Part shown: one piece after another, positions 50,693 through 61,578 of the stretch
Numbering within the stretch: position 1 is the first letter of the stretch
Layout of the letters: each line of letters opens with the position of its first letter
Virus record (IMG/VR): IMGVR_UViG_3300047095_000752
Span: 62,001-126,000 of that record
Reading direction: 5' to 3' (one strand)
Length of the DNA: 64,000 nt
Notes under the pieces: generated by a model
The model's input: only the letters and a program-made list of their open reading frames with translations
The model's database searches: none
Told to the model about the DNA's origin: nothing
Translations under genes and position numbers: made by a program

Positions 50693-53600
50693 TTAATTCC
50701 TTTGTAGGTTCAGGTGCTTTGAAATCGTTAATCTAAATGCTGGGATATAAGACGGATTTAGATTACGAAGGTCGGCGATTTCCGTCTGGATTTTTATATA
50801 ATGCTCGTTGCCGTCATCCCCATATAAAGTGTATTTATAATAAAACGGGGAATTGAAAAATCTTTTCATATGAGTTGTTACTGGTAAATCTCTTAAGTAA
50901 ACCCTATAATATTGGGTTATTATCTTTGGTTTTATAACATATAATAGTTCATATACTTTAAACATGGAATCTGTAAATAATTTTATAATTTTAGAATACT
51001 TTTTAATATCGGAAGAAGTCATCATACAATTTTGGACTCGATGCTGTGAATTTTATCTCTGATGTTGTATATGCACGTGCGCCCCACGAGAAAAACTTAG
51101 AATGTACTACCCATATATTTGCTATTCCAATTACCTTCTGTAACATGGTTGACGAATATGTTATTGATCGATTTATAGATTGGCTTGTATTTAAGAAATA
51201 ATCATTCTTGATATAAACTCTATTGTATTGTATGAATATTCCTGCTTTCTTCCCTATCACGTGTATAATAGATTGCGCCCGACATAATAATTCATTGTAT
51301 ACCCGTAGTGGAAGTTTATGGAGCATCATTCTTCATCATCTCCATAATCATCGAATTCGTCGATTTCATCGTATTGTGCCGCAACCCCATTATAATATTT
51401 TGTTTTATTATATGAATCTTGATAGTCCATGAAAAATGCCTTAAATAACTGACTAAATTCATCCGTGTATCCATGTTCACCTCGTCCGCCGGTATAATTG
51501 AAAAACATTATAAACACAAATGAACTATACCCCAATCCAAATATATTTATCGTTTGAGACTTTTCCCGTAAAAAATCAAATATTTTATTCACATCATTGT
51601 ATAATACAGAGTGTACAGACGTATTTATATAAGATCCTAGACTACAGGTTCGACTTAATATGAACTGGAAAACATCCATCAGAAATCCTATACGCACACA
51701 AAGTTCGTACATAGGACTACACCTACCCTCGTCATTACAACACGCGACGATATACGTTTCATGCAATGAGGCGTGTGGATCTGGATAGTACTCGCTTTTT
51801 AGTAAATTCTTGATATAATCTCTAAAACAAAATCCATCGAGAGTTGTCTGGTGCCTTCCGTTGAGTTGCACTATCATTCGGGTACGCTCCAAGTCTTTCG
51901 GGTCAACGTAGTGTCCTTAGTGTAGATAATCTCGTAATGTAACTCCAAAGTGTTATACGACTGATCATCATATGAACCCTTCAACCGTAGTATATTCAAT
52001 TTATTATACGCTGCAAATAAATAATCGTGATCTCCATGCGGGGGTTCTTCCTTAACTTGGCATATCGTATAGGGGGTTGAATTTAAATCTATAGTTAGAC
52101 CCACATCTTTATTTTTTATAGGAGATTTGTTGTATGTTGGAGCCATATAATACATATAAGTCGGTAGGGCTATATATTTCAACTTAGGTGTACAGCGGTA
52201 TAATAAATAGAAAAGCCCCGTTATAAGTTTTTCTATTTTGAGTGCAAATTGTTTACACATCATTTGATAGCTTCGGATGCGAATGTAATTTGACTAAATT
52301 TTGTATGGACAGTTTTATCAAATTTGTTGGGAGAACCACTATATTTGAATATACTAAATAATGTAAGTTTGAAGTTAGATATATTCATAATTTGAGTGCC
52401 AGACCATGCTATATCACTCGATATAAAATTTGTATTAACAATCAACTTATAGTCATCCAAGCCCGAATCTAATGTAAAGTCATAATACGATCTATTATTA
52501 TGTAAGGAGGGCTGCAAAGTTCTATACATATACCCTGATATCGCTATTATGTCGACGTTAAGTTCTCGTAATAAACTCAAAATTTCACATATCGAATTCT
52601 CTAACTTTAGTATCATGCTTTACCTTTCGGTCTAGTTGTGTGTAACTGGGTATACGATAAAGATATATCACCACCGTCATCCTCGGCGGATACTAATTTA
52701 AATATAGTCAGTCTACATTTGTTTATATAAATATTTTCAAACCTTGATTTTTGACCATGATTAATTTTTGGTATGTATTCAAATCTAGTCATTATATATC
52801 GTATACTATCATTTATATTGAATGATACGTGGAATTCGTTATAATTGTCTGGTGTTGATGTGTATGATGGACTCATATAATACAAAAATGAATGAAAGCA
52901 TATACACTCCATCGGTCTTTTAATGCTTAACATTCTGAATATGGTCACTATACAATTCTCGATTAATTCTGGTATATGATTCATTTGTATTTAATAAGGA
53001 TAGGGTTGATCATACAGTCAAATGCTTTTTGGTCTAATACAAATAACTTGGGGGGTTCACTATCCGGTCCAACCTCGAATATCGGGCATTTTACGCATGA
53101 CATGTGATAAATAATATTTGATGTACCCTCGATTCTTTTGTAAAAGTCCACTTCATCATTTGTGTTGAATACGTAATCTATAAGGTCCCAATAGAGCGAC
53201 GGATCCCCAGTTCTATACAGGTAGTTTGGAATATGTATATATTTAGGTTTAAATTTTAATATTAAATTTAATATTTTACAAATCGAAACTTCAACGTAAT
53301 GAATAGGGTCAGTCGTTGCCATTGTTAAATCCTTTTTTAAGAGTTGGAATATCAACCGAATCAAAAATGTATATTGGGTATGGTGAATGTGAGAATTTAT
53401 TTAAATTGAATTTAAATAATGTATTTTTACCAGTACTCCTATATACTTCGTTGAGGTCATTGGGTTTCATGTTGTACATTTTTCTGGGTGGGTTATCAAC
53501 TCCGAATCCACTGGAGTCTATATAGTAGTTCGTAGTTCGCCTCCATATATAACAAGGTGTAAATAACACGAAGGGTCGTACACCAGAACTTCCTAATTTC

Positions 53601-55727
53601 GATTTAACTATTAATATAAGGGTAGATGATATTGCAGATTCTATCATGTCGATGAAATCCATAGTTAACATCTATAACCTCCTGTCGGTAAGATTTGATG
53701 TTATTCGGATATCAGCGTAACCCTTCTTTATATTTACATAATATAAATTGTTGGCATTTGATAGCCCATTAAAATAAATCAGTTTTAGATTATCTACTAT
53801 ATAGTTTTTTGGTCTAGGTGGGCTATAAATGAGTATGTCACCAACACCATCGATACGATATGGTTCAAACATTAAGGTATTGACTATAAAATGAACATGC
53901 CGATCATGTACACTTGATGCGGCTGGTGCATATGCTACTAAATTTAAGTACAAAAGTGAATTCCTAATATCATATAAATTAAAAATAGTTTTTATTATTG
54001 TCATTACCGCTGGTATGGATGCTGATATATAATTTCTGGTGCTACTCATGGCATTCTCTATAATCGTATATTTCGATTCCGCGCCCCATAAATGAAATTG
54101 AGAATAAAGTTGGCTTGTGAATAAATGCTACCGCTAAGTCGACCTTTGTGTCAAAGTCGAATCCTAACGTCATAGTGGTTGAGGCATACGGTTTATATCT
54201 GTATATATCGGGAGTTAAGCTAACTTCAACATACCCTAAAAAACTTTTACAACAATCATGGACGGCGTATCTATACATAGAATCGCAGTATATGTCAGTA
54301 ACCTTTCTACTCTGCACTAAATATGACATCAAATGACTACATAATGTTATAACGAATTTACGTTTAAATATTTTACATAATATACACAGAACACTACACA
54401 CACTATATTCTATTTTTCGAACTAACACGAGATTCAATTCAATATCCTTTCGTGGTTTTACTCTCTTGTTAAAATATATATAGTGAGTGTTTTAATATAC
54501 ACTGAGTGTTAGATGTAACCTGTCGGTCAAGGGTGAACCACTGTATTCATAGTCCAAATGTAATATATCCGACTTGTGAATATTAAATACATTTATTTCA
54601 TTATTGACGTTAGTTGTATATGTTTTGTATGACTTTATTTGGTCATATACTTTAAGTGAAATTAACGGCTCTCTGTATAATGTCATATAATTATCAAAAC
54701 CGTCCAGATCAGTTTGCGAAGAAAAGAATACTAAATTCTGAGACTTCATATCGATTGAACATATATCTTTTGGCTTACATATAATATGATAAAAAAGAAC
54801 AAAAGATTTGGATATTGAGTTTTCAATTTTAGCATATAAGTCCCGTATAAAATCTTCAGCCATACGCATATTGTTACCTCCCTTAAGTTCGATTACAAAA
54901 ATAAATATCATAAGGTATGATATCAATAATTAATATATATAATTAAAAATCACTTACCAAAATTAATGGTAAGTGATTTAATGTAGGACTTTTAACTTAT
55001 ATTAGAATGCTGTATATTCCTCGATGGGTATTATGTCGAAGTGAGCGCTACGAGGAAATGATAACCCTATTATATGCCTTTTGTGTATACATGTTTTGAA
55101 ATCGGGAGTTTGGCATGGGTAGTAATTAAAATCTTTCAGAAAAATTGTCAAACCTTCGAATAAAGGGGTGTCATCAGACCATCTAACTTTTTGTATATAT
55201 CTCGGATACAAAACCGAATAATGACCATCTAAAATTAATGGGTTGTATGTGAATATGTATATTATTTCACCAATTGGATCTAGGATACGACGTAATAATT
55301 TAAAAAGTATAGGTACACATTTTAAATACAGGTCGCTTATCAATTGCTTCAGTCTCCGGTTTGTTAACATCTAAAATGCGTTATAATCACAAAGTTTTAT
55401 CATTTCAAATGACGTGTCATCCACCCTTTTTATTCCTATTAAATTCTTCTTACGGACCAGCATTCTATAGTCTTCTCGACCCGTTTCGTAATCGTTAAAA
55501 TCTTGAGCCGAAAATGTCGTATAATAATTTGTATATAATTCTAGACCCCACAGTACCTTATCTTTATGTTTCGGGTATACAATTGAGGTATGGCAATATA
55601 TAGTAATAGGGTTTGTAACAAATATGTATGTGACTTTATTTATGGGTTGTATAATATTTCTAATTAAATGAAATAATAATTCTATTTTATGTGCTATTTG
55701 AGTGTATTTGTCAAAGTCTTCGTTCAT
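50693..55727 (-). CDS. Tandem array of ~12 short paralogous hypothetical ORFs (108-144 aa) plus one unrelated ORF (51326-51892)
   Basis: ORFs at 50693, 51003, 51874, 52260, 52613, 52981, 53309, 53672, 54042, 54492, 55002, 55371; KIExxIxxI(L/F)xxL...I..PxYxY pattern; coupled stops/starts. Confidence 0.65.
54924..54979 (-). promoter_or_regulatory. Terminator + AT-rich promoter-like motif
   Basis: AAATCACTTACCA/TGGTAAGTGATTT stem abutting CAATAATTAATATATATAAT. Confidence 0.65.
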
Positions 55728-55766
55728 TTGATTTCCTGAAGTTTAAGATTAAACCATTCTATGAAT

Positions 55767-57323
55767 TTATTTCTTCTTTTCTTTTAATTTTTCTATACTC
55801 AACTCACTGAGGGGTTCGCCGAATAATACTTTTTCGATCTGTGAATATTTCTTCGAGTCTTTTGAGATCAACCCAAATGTTAAACTTTTACCAAGGTTCT
55901 CATAGGCGACCCCCAGAGACCACGATATAATCGAAGGAAGAGATTTAATGCTATGTAATTCCGGATCGTATGGATCCTTCAATCTGGCTGCAATCATCGG
56001 ATCTTTCTTATTTCTTAAAATCGTTGCGAGGATGACCTCAAGGTGGCAACTATCCCAAGGTCCAAAAGTACTTAGAGCTTCGTAAAACTTCTTGTATAGG
56101 TTCTCTGGGGTCTCCCATGGACCCTTGCCCGCAACCAATGAGTCTAGGCTCTGGGCGATCTTTTCAGGAGCGATCTTAAAGAATTTAATTGTAAATAATT
56201 TAACATCTTTACCATACATTAAAGTGATACTATCAGCAGTTTCATTATAATCATCGTGGATATTAATTTCAACAGGCATTTCAATAGTAGCATTAACTTC
56301 AATATTACCAATATACATTCTAAAATAGCCTAAAGGTAACTTATAAGTATTTCCTACTTTTTCAATTGCATACTCGTCCTTGAAGATACTTTTATTGATC
56401 TTAATCGTTGTTACTTCAGCGCTGGAGTATAGATCGTTATCTTTTTGATATACCATACCTGATAAATATTTTTCTTCGTCATCTGTAATAGAGTCCGCAA
56501 GTTCTTTTAAGATATCCACCTTCTTGAAGACTACGGCCCCGCCTGTGTGAAATGAATTGTGTGTCTGAACATTATTATTCAAAAATTCTTCGGAGTCAGT
56601 TTTAAGATCATATACATATCCACAATATCCCTCTATACCGGGAACTACCTGCTCAATATCAATGTAATCATTAATATCCTGTATAAGCTTATCTGAAGGC
56701 ACAGCATTCTTTAAAGTCCAATATACAAGTCCGTCTTCAGTATTAATATCAAAGTTACAAGTATGACTTAAATGATCTGCTACAAGCTTCAACTGTGATA
56801 CAAAGTTAAAACTAAAAATCTTAGACTTGGTGTTGACTTTATCGTCGGACTTAATATTATCAAATAAGAAATGATATAAAAGGTATGTTAAGTTACTAGT
56901 ACTTATTTTAGATAAATAATCAGGATTAATACAAAAATTATATATCGAATCGCCATTAAAATATTCGGAATGATTTGCAATTATATGTAAATTAGGATCT
57001 TCAAATATATTCAACAAAATGTCAAATAGTATATCTACATCAGGCGGCTCTACCCCGTAAACAAATTCTAATTTACGTTCGGTGTTATCAACCCAAATTC
57101 TATCATGGAACATTACTATATCTTTAGCTTCAACCACCGTAGGTTGCCCGTCAAGCGACTGAATCCATACAGGGTGGTCTTCTTGGCAAAACAGCATATG
57201 TCCAGTCACAGTGCGAATAAAGCACATTGGTGCCGTTGGTGTATGCCTTTGGATCTTATATGCTCGGGTTAAACCGTCTTTACCCACGACATTGAGATCT
57301 AACTCTTTAGTTTCTAAATTCAT
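55767..57323 (-). CDS. rpoC: Split-intein C-part (256 aa) fused to RNA polymerase beta' C-terminal fragment
   Basis: CQEDHPVW (block B), VYDL (block F), QTHN|SFHTGG (block G + trigger loop), HLEVILATI, AYEN. Confidence 0.9.
   Translation of the reverse strand: MNLETKELDLNVVGKDGLTRAYKIQRHTPTAPMCFIRTVTGHMLFCQEDHPVWIQSLDGQPTVVEAKDIVMFHDRIWVDNTERKLEFVYGVEPPDVDILFDILLNIFEDPNLHIIANHSEYFNGDSIYNFCINPDYLSKISTSNLTYLLYHFLFDNIKSDDKVNTKSKIFSFNFVSQLKLVADHLSHTCNFDINTEDGLVYWTLKNAVPSDKLIQDINDYIDIEQVVPGIEGYCGYVYDLKTDSEEFLNNNVQTHNSFHTGGAVVFKKVDILKELADSITDDEEKYLSGMVYQKDNDLYSSAEVTTIKINKSIFKDEYAIEKVGNTYKLPLGYFRMYIGNIEVNATIEMPVEINIHDDYNETADSITLMYGKDVKLFTIKFFKIAPEKIAQSLDSLVAGKGPWETPENLYKKFYEALSTFGPWDSCHLEVILATILRNKKDPMIAARLKDPYDPELHSIKSLPSIISWSLGVAYENLGKSLTFGLISKDSKKYSQIEKVLFGEPLSELSIEKLKEKKK
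56556..57323 (-). mobile_element. IntC half of atypically split intein with degenerate endonuclease-like insert
   Basis: Residues 1-256; ends His-Asn followed by Ser+1. Confidence 0.88.
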
Positions 57324-57333
57324 TTACAGTTCC

Positions 57334-57603
57334 TTAAATAATAGGTGAAGATGCTAATTGCCAATATACGGGCGCGTAATATTCTTCCGGGACATGTGAT
57401 TTTTTGTAGTTCTTTTCGCCTTCCCAGCAACCCATATGTTTATATTGACTAAACTTTTTATTATATCTTAATAAACATATCTTAAATTCACGAGGTTCTT
57501 CGGAATAATATAATGCACGTGTTAAACAGTCGTTGTCAGGGAGTTTATCAACGGTTTTAATCCAGTTGCTTAAATTAATTTCGTCTTTACTTATTTTGTG
57601 CAT
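57334..57603 (-). CDS. DUF551-like small protein
   Basis: WIKTVDKLPD...PVYWQL. Confidence 0.65.
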   Translation of the reverse strand: MHKISKDEINLSNWIKTVDKLPDNDCLTRALYYSEEPREFKICLLRYNKKFSQYKHMGCWEGEKNYKKSHVPEEYYAPVYWQLASSPII

Positions 57604-57605
57604 TG

Positions 57606-59324
57606 TTAAGCAACTTTCTTCTTAAATACATTATTTCCACAATCCCAAACACGATCATATTCATTACTTTGCATATTTTGCCACTCGGTTAATGTTGGAT
57701 CAAATGATTCTAATAGATTGTTTAATTTATGTTTTTGAAATTTAAGTCTGGAATCTCGATTCATATAATCATTGGTATAAAAGTAATTTGGTGAGCCTGT
57801 ATGCGTTAATTCAAATCCAGAGCTTTCATATATATTACCATATCCATATCTTAGATCTGAATAGGTTATTATATCACACTTGATATCTTTTGAGAAGTCA
57901 TTTACTAACTTTTGGAAACCACCGACTACATTTGTATTTAATTTTGTGCAGAATCTTAATATTTCGTAATTGTCTTTGGATCTAATTACTGTAATCATGC
58001 TAATTAAATTATTATTACTATCATAAAGTCCATAATTGAATCCACGATGAGTGTAACCTTGTATATGATTTTGGTCTAAAAATAACTCTGCGTCCTTGAA
58101 GGGAACCTTATGTATATTTAGATCCGATGTATTATATGTATTTTCATATATTTTTAATTTATTTGCAATAATCGAACAAACTATATCTTGCTTATTAAAC
58201 CATTCATCATCGAATATATGAATTAAATCAATTCCTTTTTCTTTACATAAATTCGTTTTATTGATATGGTAATGTTCATCTTTGCCTTGTTTTTCGGAGT
58301 GCCAATAGAGTCCGTTGAATTCAATTGCAAGTTTGTAGTCTGGAATGTAAATGTCGATTTCAAGTGGATTTATTAATGACCGGTCATTTTCTATTATAAT
58401 TGTATTTTCTGGTAGGATCGATTTAACGAATTCGTAAACTTCGTGCTCGCCTTTGGAAGTGCCTGACATACCCTGATGTGGGTAACAATTAAAACATCTT
58501 GGTATGTGTCCATCCGCTAAATTATCTAAAAAGATATGATTACAAGTATTACATTTGAATTCATATCGGTTATCTCGTGATATTCCATTATATTCATCTA
58601 GGCTAAATACTGGCGTTACTTTACTTAATAATCTTTTTGAATTCAACAATTTTATATAAAATACTTCTTTTAATTTAACTTTACCAGCGGCAGACGATAT
58701 ATAGTGTTTATGACCATATCGTTTAACCATTGTGTTTTCGGCTTTGTTTCTTATCTCTTTTATTTTAGATACGTTATCCACACCGTATTTTTCTTGTACT
58801 GTATTTTTAATCTTTTCACGAATTTCATTAGATTCGAATGGAGTTAGTGCTCCATATTTTTCTAAATTAGTTTTATTTCGTTTTTCGTTTATTTCTTTAT
58901 TGTCAAACAGATTTACACTACCATATCGCTCAATTCGTGTATTAAGTATTTTATTCTTAACTTTTTCATTTTTTGCCGATTGTTCATACCCATACTTTTT
59001 TAGATTTGTGTTTTTTATTTTTTGTTTTACATCTTCATTTTGAAACCCATATTCAGATCCATATCTCTCCAGATTTGTTTGTTTAATTTTGTTTTTAGTT
59101 TCTGTATTTAATCCCCTGCATTTATTAGAGCATGTTTTATAAAATCCATCTTTAAAACTTTTATATGGGGTTGGGCTTTTACAAACTTTACACAAATGTT
59201 CGTCATTAACTGAAATATATTTAATATAATATTCTGATATATGTATTTCTTTGTGTGAATGCATTATATGATTTTTTAAAGAATTTGTATCATCAAACAC
59301 TCTCTGGCAGATCTGACATTGCAT
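57606..59324 (-). CDS. Free-standing putative homing endonuclease (Zn finger, TNLERYG repeats, Vsr-like/Hef-like nuclease)
   Basis: CQIC..H..H; TNL(E/K)(R/K)YG repeats; EIDIYIPDYKLAIEFNGLYWH; LIHIFDDEW; NHIQG, RFC, YSDLRYG. Confidence 0.85.
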   Translation of the reverse strand: MQCQICQRVFDDTNSLKNHIMHSHKEIHISEYYIKYISVNDEHLCKVCKSPTPYKSFKDGFYKTCSNKCRGLNTETKNKIKQTNLERYGSEYGFQNEDVKQKIKNTNLKKYGYEQSAKNEKVKNKILNTRIERYGSVNLFDNKEINEKRNKTNLEKYGALTPFESNEIREKIKNTVQEKYGVDNVSKIKEIRNKAENTMVKRYGHKHYISSAAGKVKLKEVFYIKLLNSKRLLSKVTPVFSLDEYNGISRDNRYEFKCNTCNHIFLDNLADGHIPRCFNCYPHQGMSGTSKGEHEVYEFVKSILPENTIIIENDRSLINPLEIDIYIPDYKLAIEFNGLYWHSEKQGKDEHYHINKTNLCKEKGIDLIHIFDDEWFNKQDIVCSIIANKLKIYENTYNTSDLNIHKVPFKDAELFLDQNHIQGYTHRGFNYGLYDSNNNLISMITVIRSKDNYEILRFCTKLNTNVVGGFQKLVNDFSKDIKCDIITYSDLRYGYGNIYESSGFELTHTGSPNYFYTNDYMNRDSRLKFQKHKLNNLLESFDPTLTEWQNMQSNEYDRVWDCGNNVFKKKVA

Positions 59325-59343
59325 TTAATATTTTCTTTCGTAA

Positions 59344-60834
59344 TTAGTTTTGGTCCCAAAGTTCATCTAATGAGATTATACCATGCTTTTCCGTATTTAC
59401 CAACCCCGTTGAACACTTCATAATCTTTTCTGATAACGAACAACAGGCTTGGGCAGCAAGCATACCCAGTGCCCGTGACTTTACCTGATAAATCAAATCG
59501 CCATAACAAGTGCGGCATATTTCACGACTTTTGCAAAATGTAGGGCTACGGAGTTCTACGAACTTTCCGATATGTGCATCAGTCAGTCTTTCTACCTTCC
59601 GATCCTTCTGATTTATAATATAACGACCTTGCATCCGACCAAATAATTCGGATGTTATCTTAAGTTTTAGTCCTCGTTTAGTTCCACAATCCGCATTTGT
59701 GATGTCACCCTCACACGATCCAATCGAATACACCATTTTACGATATGCATATCCACCGAACGCGGTATTTACGGCACGGTCAATAATACCCTTACGACTA
59801 CCTGCGGCGGATTCTAGGTATTGCTCAGGATCGAAACCATCAACCAACGCTTTTTCGACAGGCGGAAGGAGTTCGCCACTGGCGTTACTGATCAATCCTT
59901 TGGATACCATAATCTGACGCAATTGCGATCCACCCTTGGCCGCCCCACTTGCTATCTGGATATAAAGTCCTTCTTCTTGTGTCCTCAAATATTCCATCAA
60001 GGCAACATCCATCTCATCTAAAATTTTAATTTGTTTATTTACATCCGGCTCAGCCTTAAGTTTCTTTGAAAGGCTTTTTAATTCGGGTGAAGGTATAAAC
60101 ATATCTAAACTAATAGTCTGGGGATATTGAGTAGCAGCCTCGAAGGACATCTTGCACATCTTATCAATTGTAAGTGCGAAATCAGCTTTGTTTTTAAGCA
60201 TCACTTCTTTTAATACTTTACTCACATCTCTCGCATTCATAGGTTTATCTATAAATGGAATGTAAGATGGGAGAACACTATTGAATATAACTCTACCTGC
60301 GGTTGTGTTTGTAAGCCCGATATTCGTGTTGATCCGGACGGGATCCCCCGGATGTAGTTTTTCAGCATCTTGTACATTGTTTATAACTCTTATAGGTTTT
60401 TTATTTTCCAAGTAAGTAATTGTAAAAATACCGATATTCATTTCTTTTGATAGTGAAAAGTTAGGAGAATTTAAGAATTCAAAGCCCTGTGTTGTAATCA
60501 TTTTATTCTTAACTTCATTCTGAGCTTCAATTGAAATTGGGACGACAATAGCCATTTGGTCACCATCGAAATCCGCCATGTAAGGACCCACAACAACCGG
60601 GTGAATATCAATAGTCGGTCCATCGATTATAGTAACGTAAGCACCTTGGATCCGTCCTCTTTCGACGTTAGGATCACGTTTATATAATACTACTCGATTT
60701 TTATCTTCGATTTCTTTTACTGCGATTTTTCGAATAGTATCATAAATTATAGGATTTACTTTATATCCCTTAGAGATGTATTTCAATATCTTACGGATAT
60801 CGTCGATGGAGACTTTTTCACTTTCATGTAACAT
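59344..60834 (-). CDS. rpoC: RNA polymerase beta' middle (catalytic) fragment fused to split-intein N-part
   Basis: YMADFDGDQM, SGAAKG, GSRKGIIDRAVNTAFGGYAYRKM (bridge helix), DCGT/RSPTFC/CRTCYG, GMLAAQ. Confidence 0.95.
   Translation of the reverse strand: MLHESEKVSIDDIRKILKYISKGYKVNPIIYDTIRKIAVKEIEDKNRVVLYKRDPNVERGRIQGAYVTIIDGPTIDIHPVVVGPYMADFDGDQMAIVVPISIEAQNEVKNKMITTQGFEFLNSPNFSLSKEMNIGIFTITYLENKKPIRVINNVQDAEKLHPGDPVRINTNIGLTNTTAGRVIFNSVLPSYIPFIDKPMNARDVSKVLKEVMLKNKADFALTIDKMCKMSFEAATQYPQTISLDMFIPSPELKSLSKKLKAEPDVNKQIKILDEMDVALMEYLRTQEEGLYIQIASGAAKGGSQLRQIMVSKGLISNASGELLPPVEKALVDGFDPEQYLESAAGSRKGIIDRAVNTAFGGYAYRKMVYSIGSCEGDITNADCGTKRGLKLKITSELFGRMQGRYIINQKDRKVERLTDAHIGKFVELRSPTFCKSREICRTCYGDLIYQVKSRALGMLAAQACCSLSEKIMKCSTGLVNTEKHGIISLDELWDQN
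59347..59415 (-). mobile_element. IntN half (23 aa) of atypically split intein
   Basis: CSTGLVNTEKHGIISLDELWDQN-stop, intein block A pattern beginning with Cys1. Confidence 0.85.
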
Positions 60835-60855
60835 TCAGGATTCCTTTAATACGTA

Positions 60856-61218
60856 TTAATCCAATTGCTTATATCGTTTATCTAATTCGTTAATTAAAGC
60901 GTGGATACTATCGTCCATTTTATATTTATTTGCTGTCGCCCAAGATCCAGCATAAGCATTATCATCTTCTTTTATTTCCGGTGTTATTTCAAGAACGGAT
61001 ACGAGAGCCTCATACAGTTTGTGTGTATCTATTGATTTGTATGTACTGTCTCTATCTCTTGATTTATCAAGTTCACTTCTTAATTGTAGTAATTCTTGTA
61101 TATACTCAGCATTCTGTTTTTTTAATGTACTGATAATGGATATTGAATCTATATTTGATCCTTCATACTTATCCATATCGTTTATATTGAGACCAAAAGA
61201 TCCATTTTCAGATTCCAT
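60856..61218 (-). CDS. Hypothetical protein
   Basis: 120 aa, between beta' fragments. Confidence 0.65.
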   Translation of the reverse strand: MESENGSFGLNINDMDKYEGSNIDSISIISTLKKQNAEYIQELLQLRSELDKSRDRDSTYKSIDTHKLYEALVSVLEITPEIKEDDNAYAGSWATANKYKMDDSIHALINELDKRYKQLD

Positions 61219-61233
61219 TTAAATACCCTTTTG

Positions 61234-61560
61234 TTAAATGCCTCTGCTGTACTCTTCTTGTGCATCTGCTAAGACAGGTACAACATACCGAGTATAACCT
61301 CTTCGTCCATCACTTACAAATTTTGGGGCAGCGATAAAGTGGGCGGCTTGCTTATCATTCTTCATCTTAAATGGAAATTTACCATCCCATCCTTCGACTT
61401 TGTCTAAGTTCGTCTCGCCAACTTCAACTTTAGTACCATCTGATAATTTAATATCATTCGGGATACCATTACCTTCAAAATCATCATTAGCCTTATACTT
61501 GAGGATTTCTTTCTTGGTCATACTATCAATTTGTTCGAATATAATCTTTTTCAATACCAT
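61234..61560 (-). CDS. Hypothetical protein (possible head protein)
   Basis: 108 aa, AAGGA RBS, N-terminal IIFEQ. Confidence 0.65.
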   Translation of the reverse strand: MVLKKIIFEQIDSMTKKEILKYKANDDFEGNGIPNDIKLSDGTKVEVGETNLDKVEGWDGKFPFKMKNDKQAAHFIAAPKFVSDGRRGYTRYVVPVLADAQEEYSRGI

Positions 61561-61578
61561 TGTTATTTCCTTTGTGGG

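Noticed and set aside
19216-55727. Stop-codon recoding as an explanation for the many short ORFs
   Set aside because: Long conserved genes are intact under code 11, and the short ORFs show stop/start coupling in different frames
50693-55727. Diversity-generating retroelement behind the variable arrays
   Set aside because: No reverse transcriptase in the window and no template/variable repeat pair seen
60835-61578. Split intein at the beta'-N / beta'-middle junction
   Set aside because: Ends (...SDLLEDD / MLHESEK...) have no intein blocks; looks like plain gene fission
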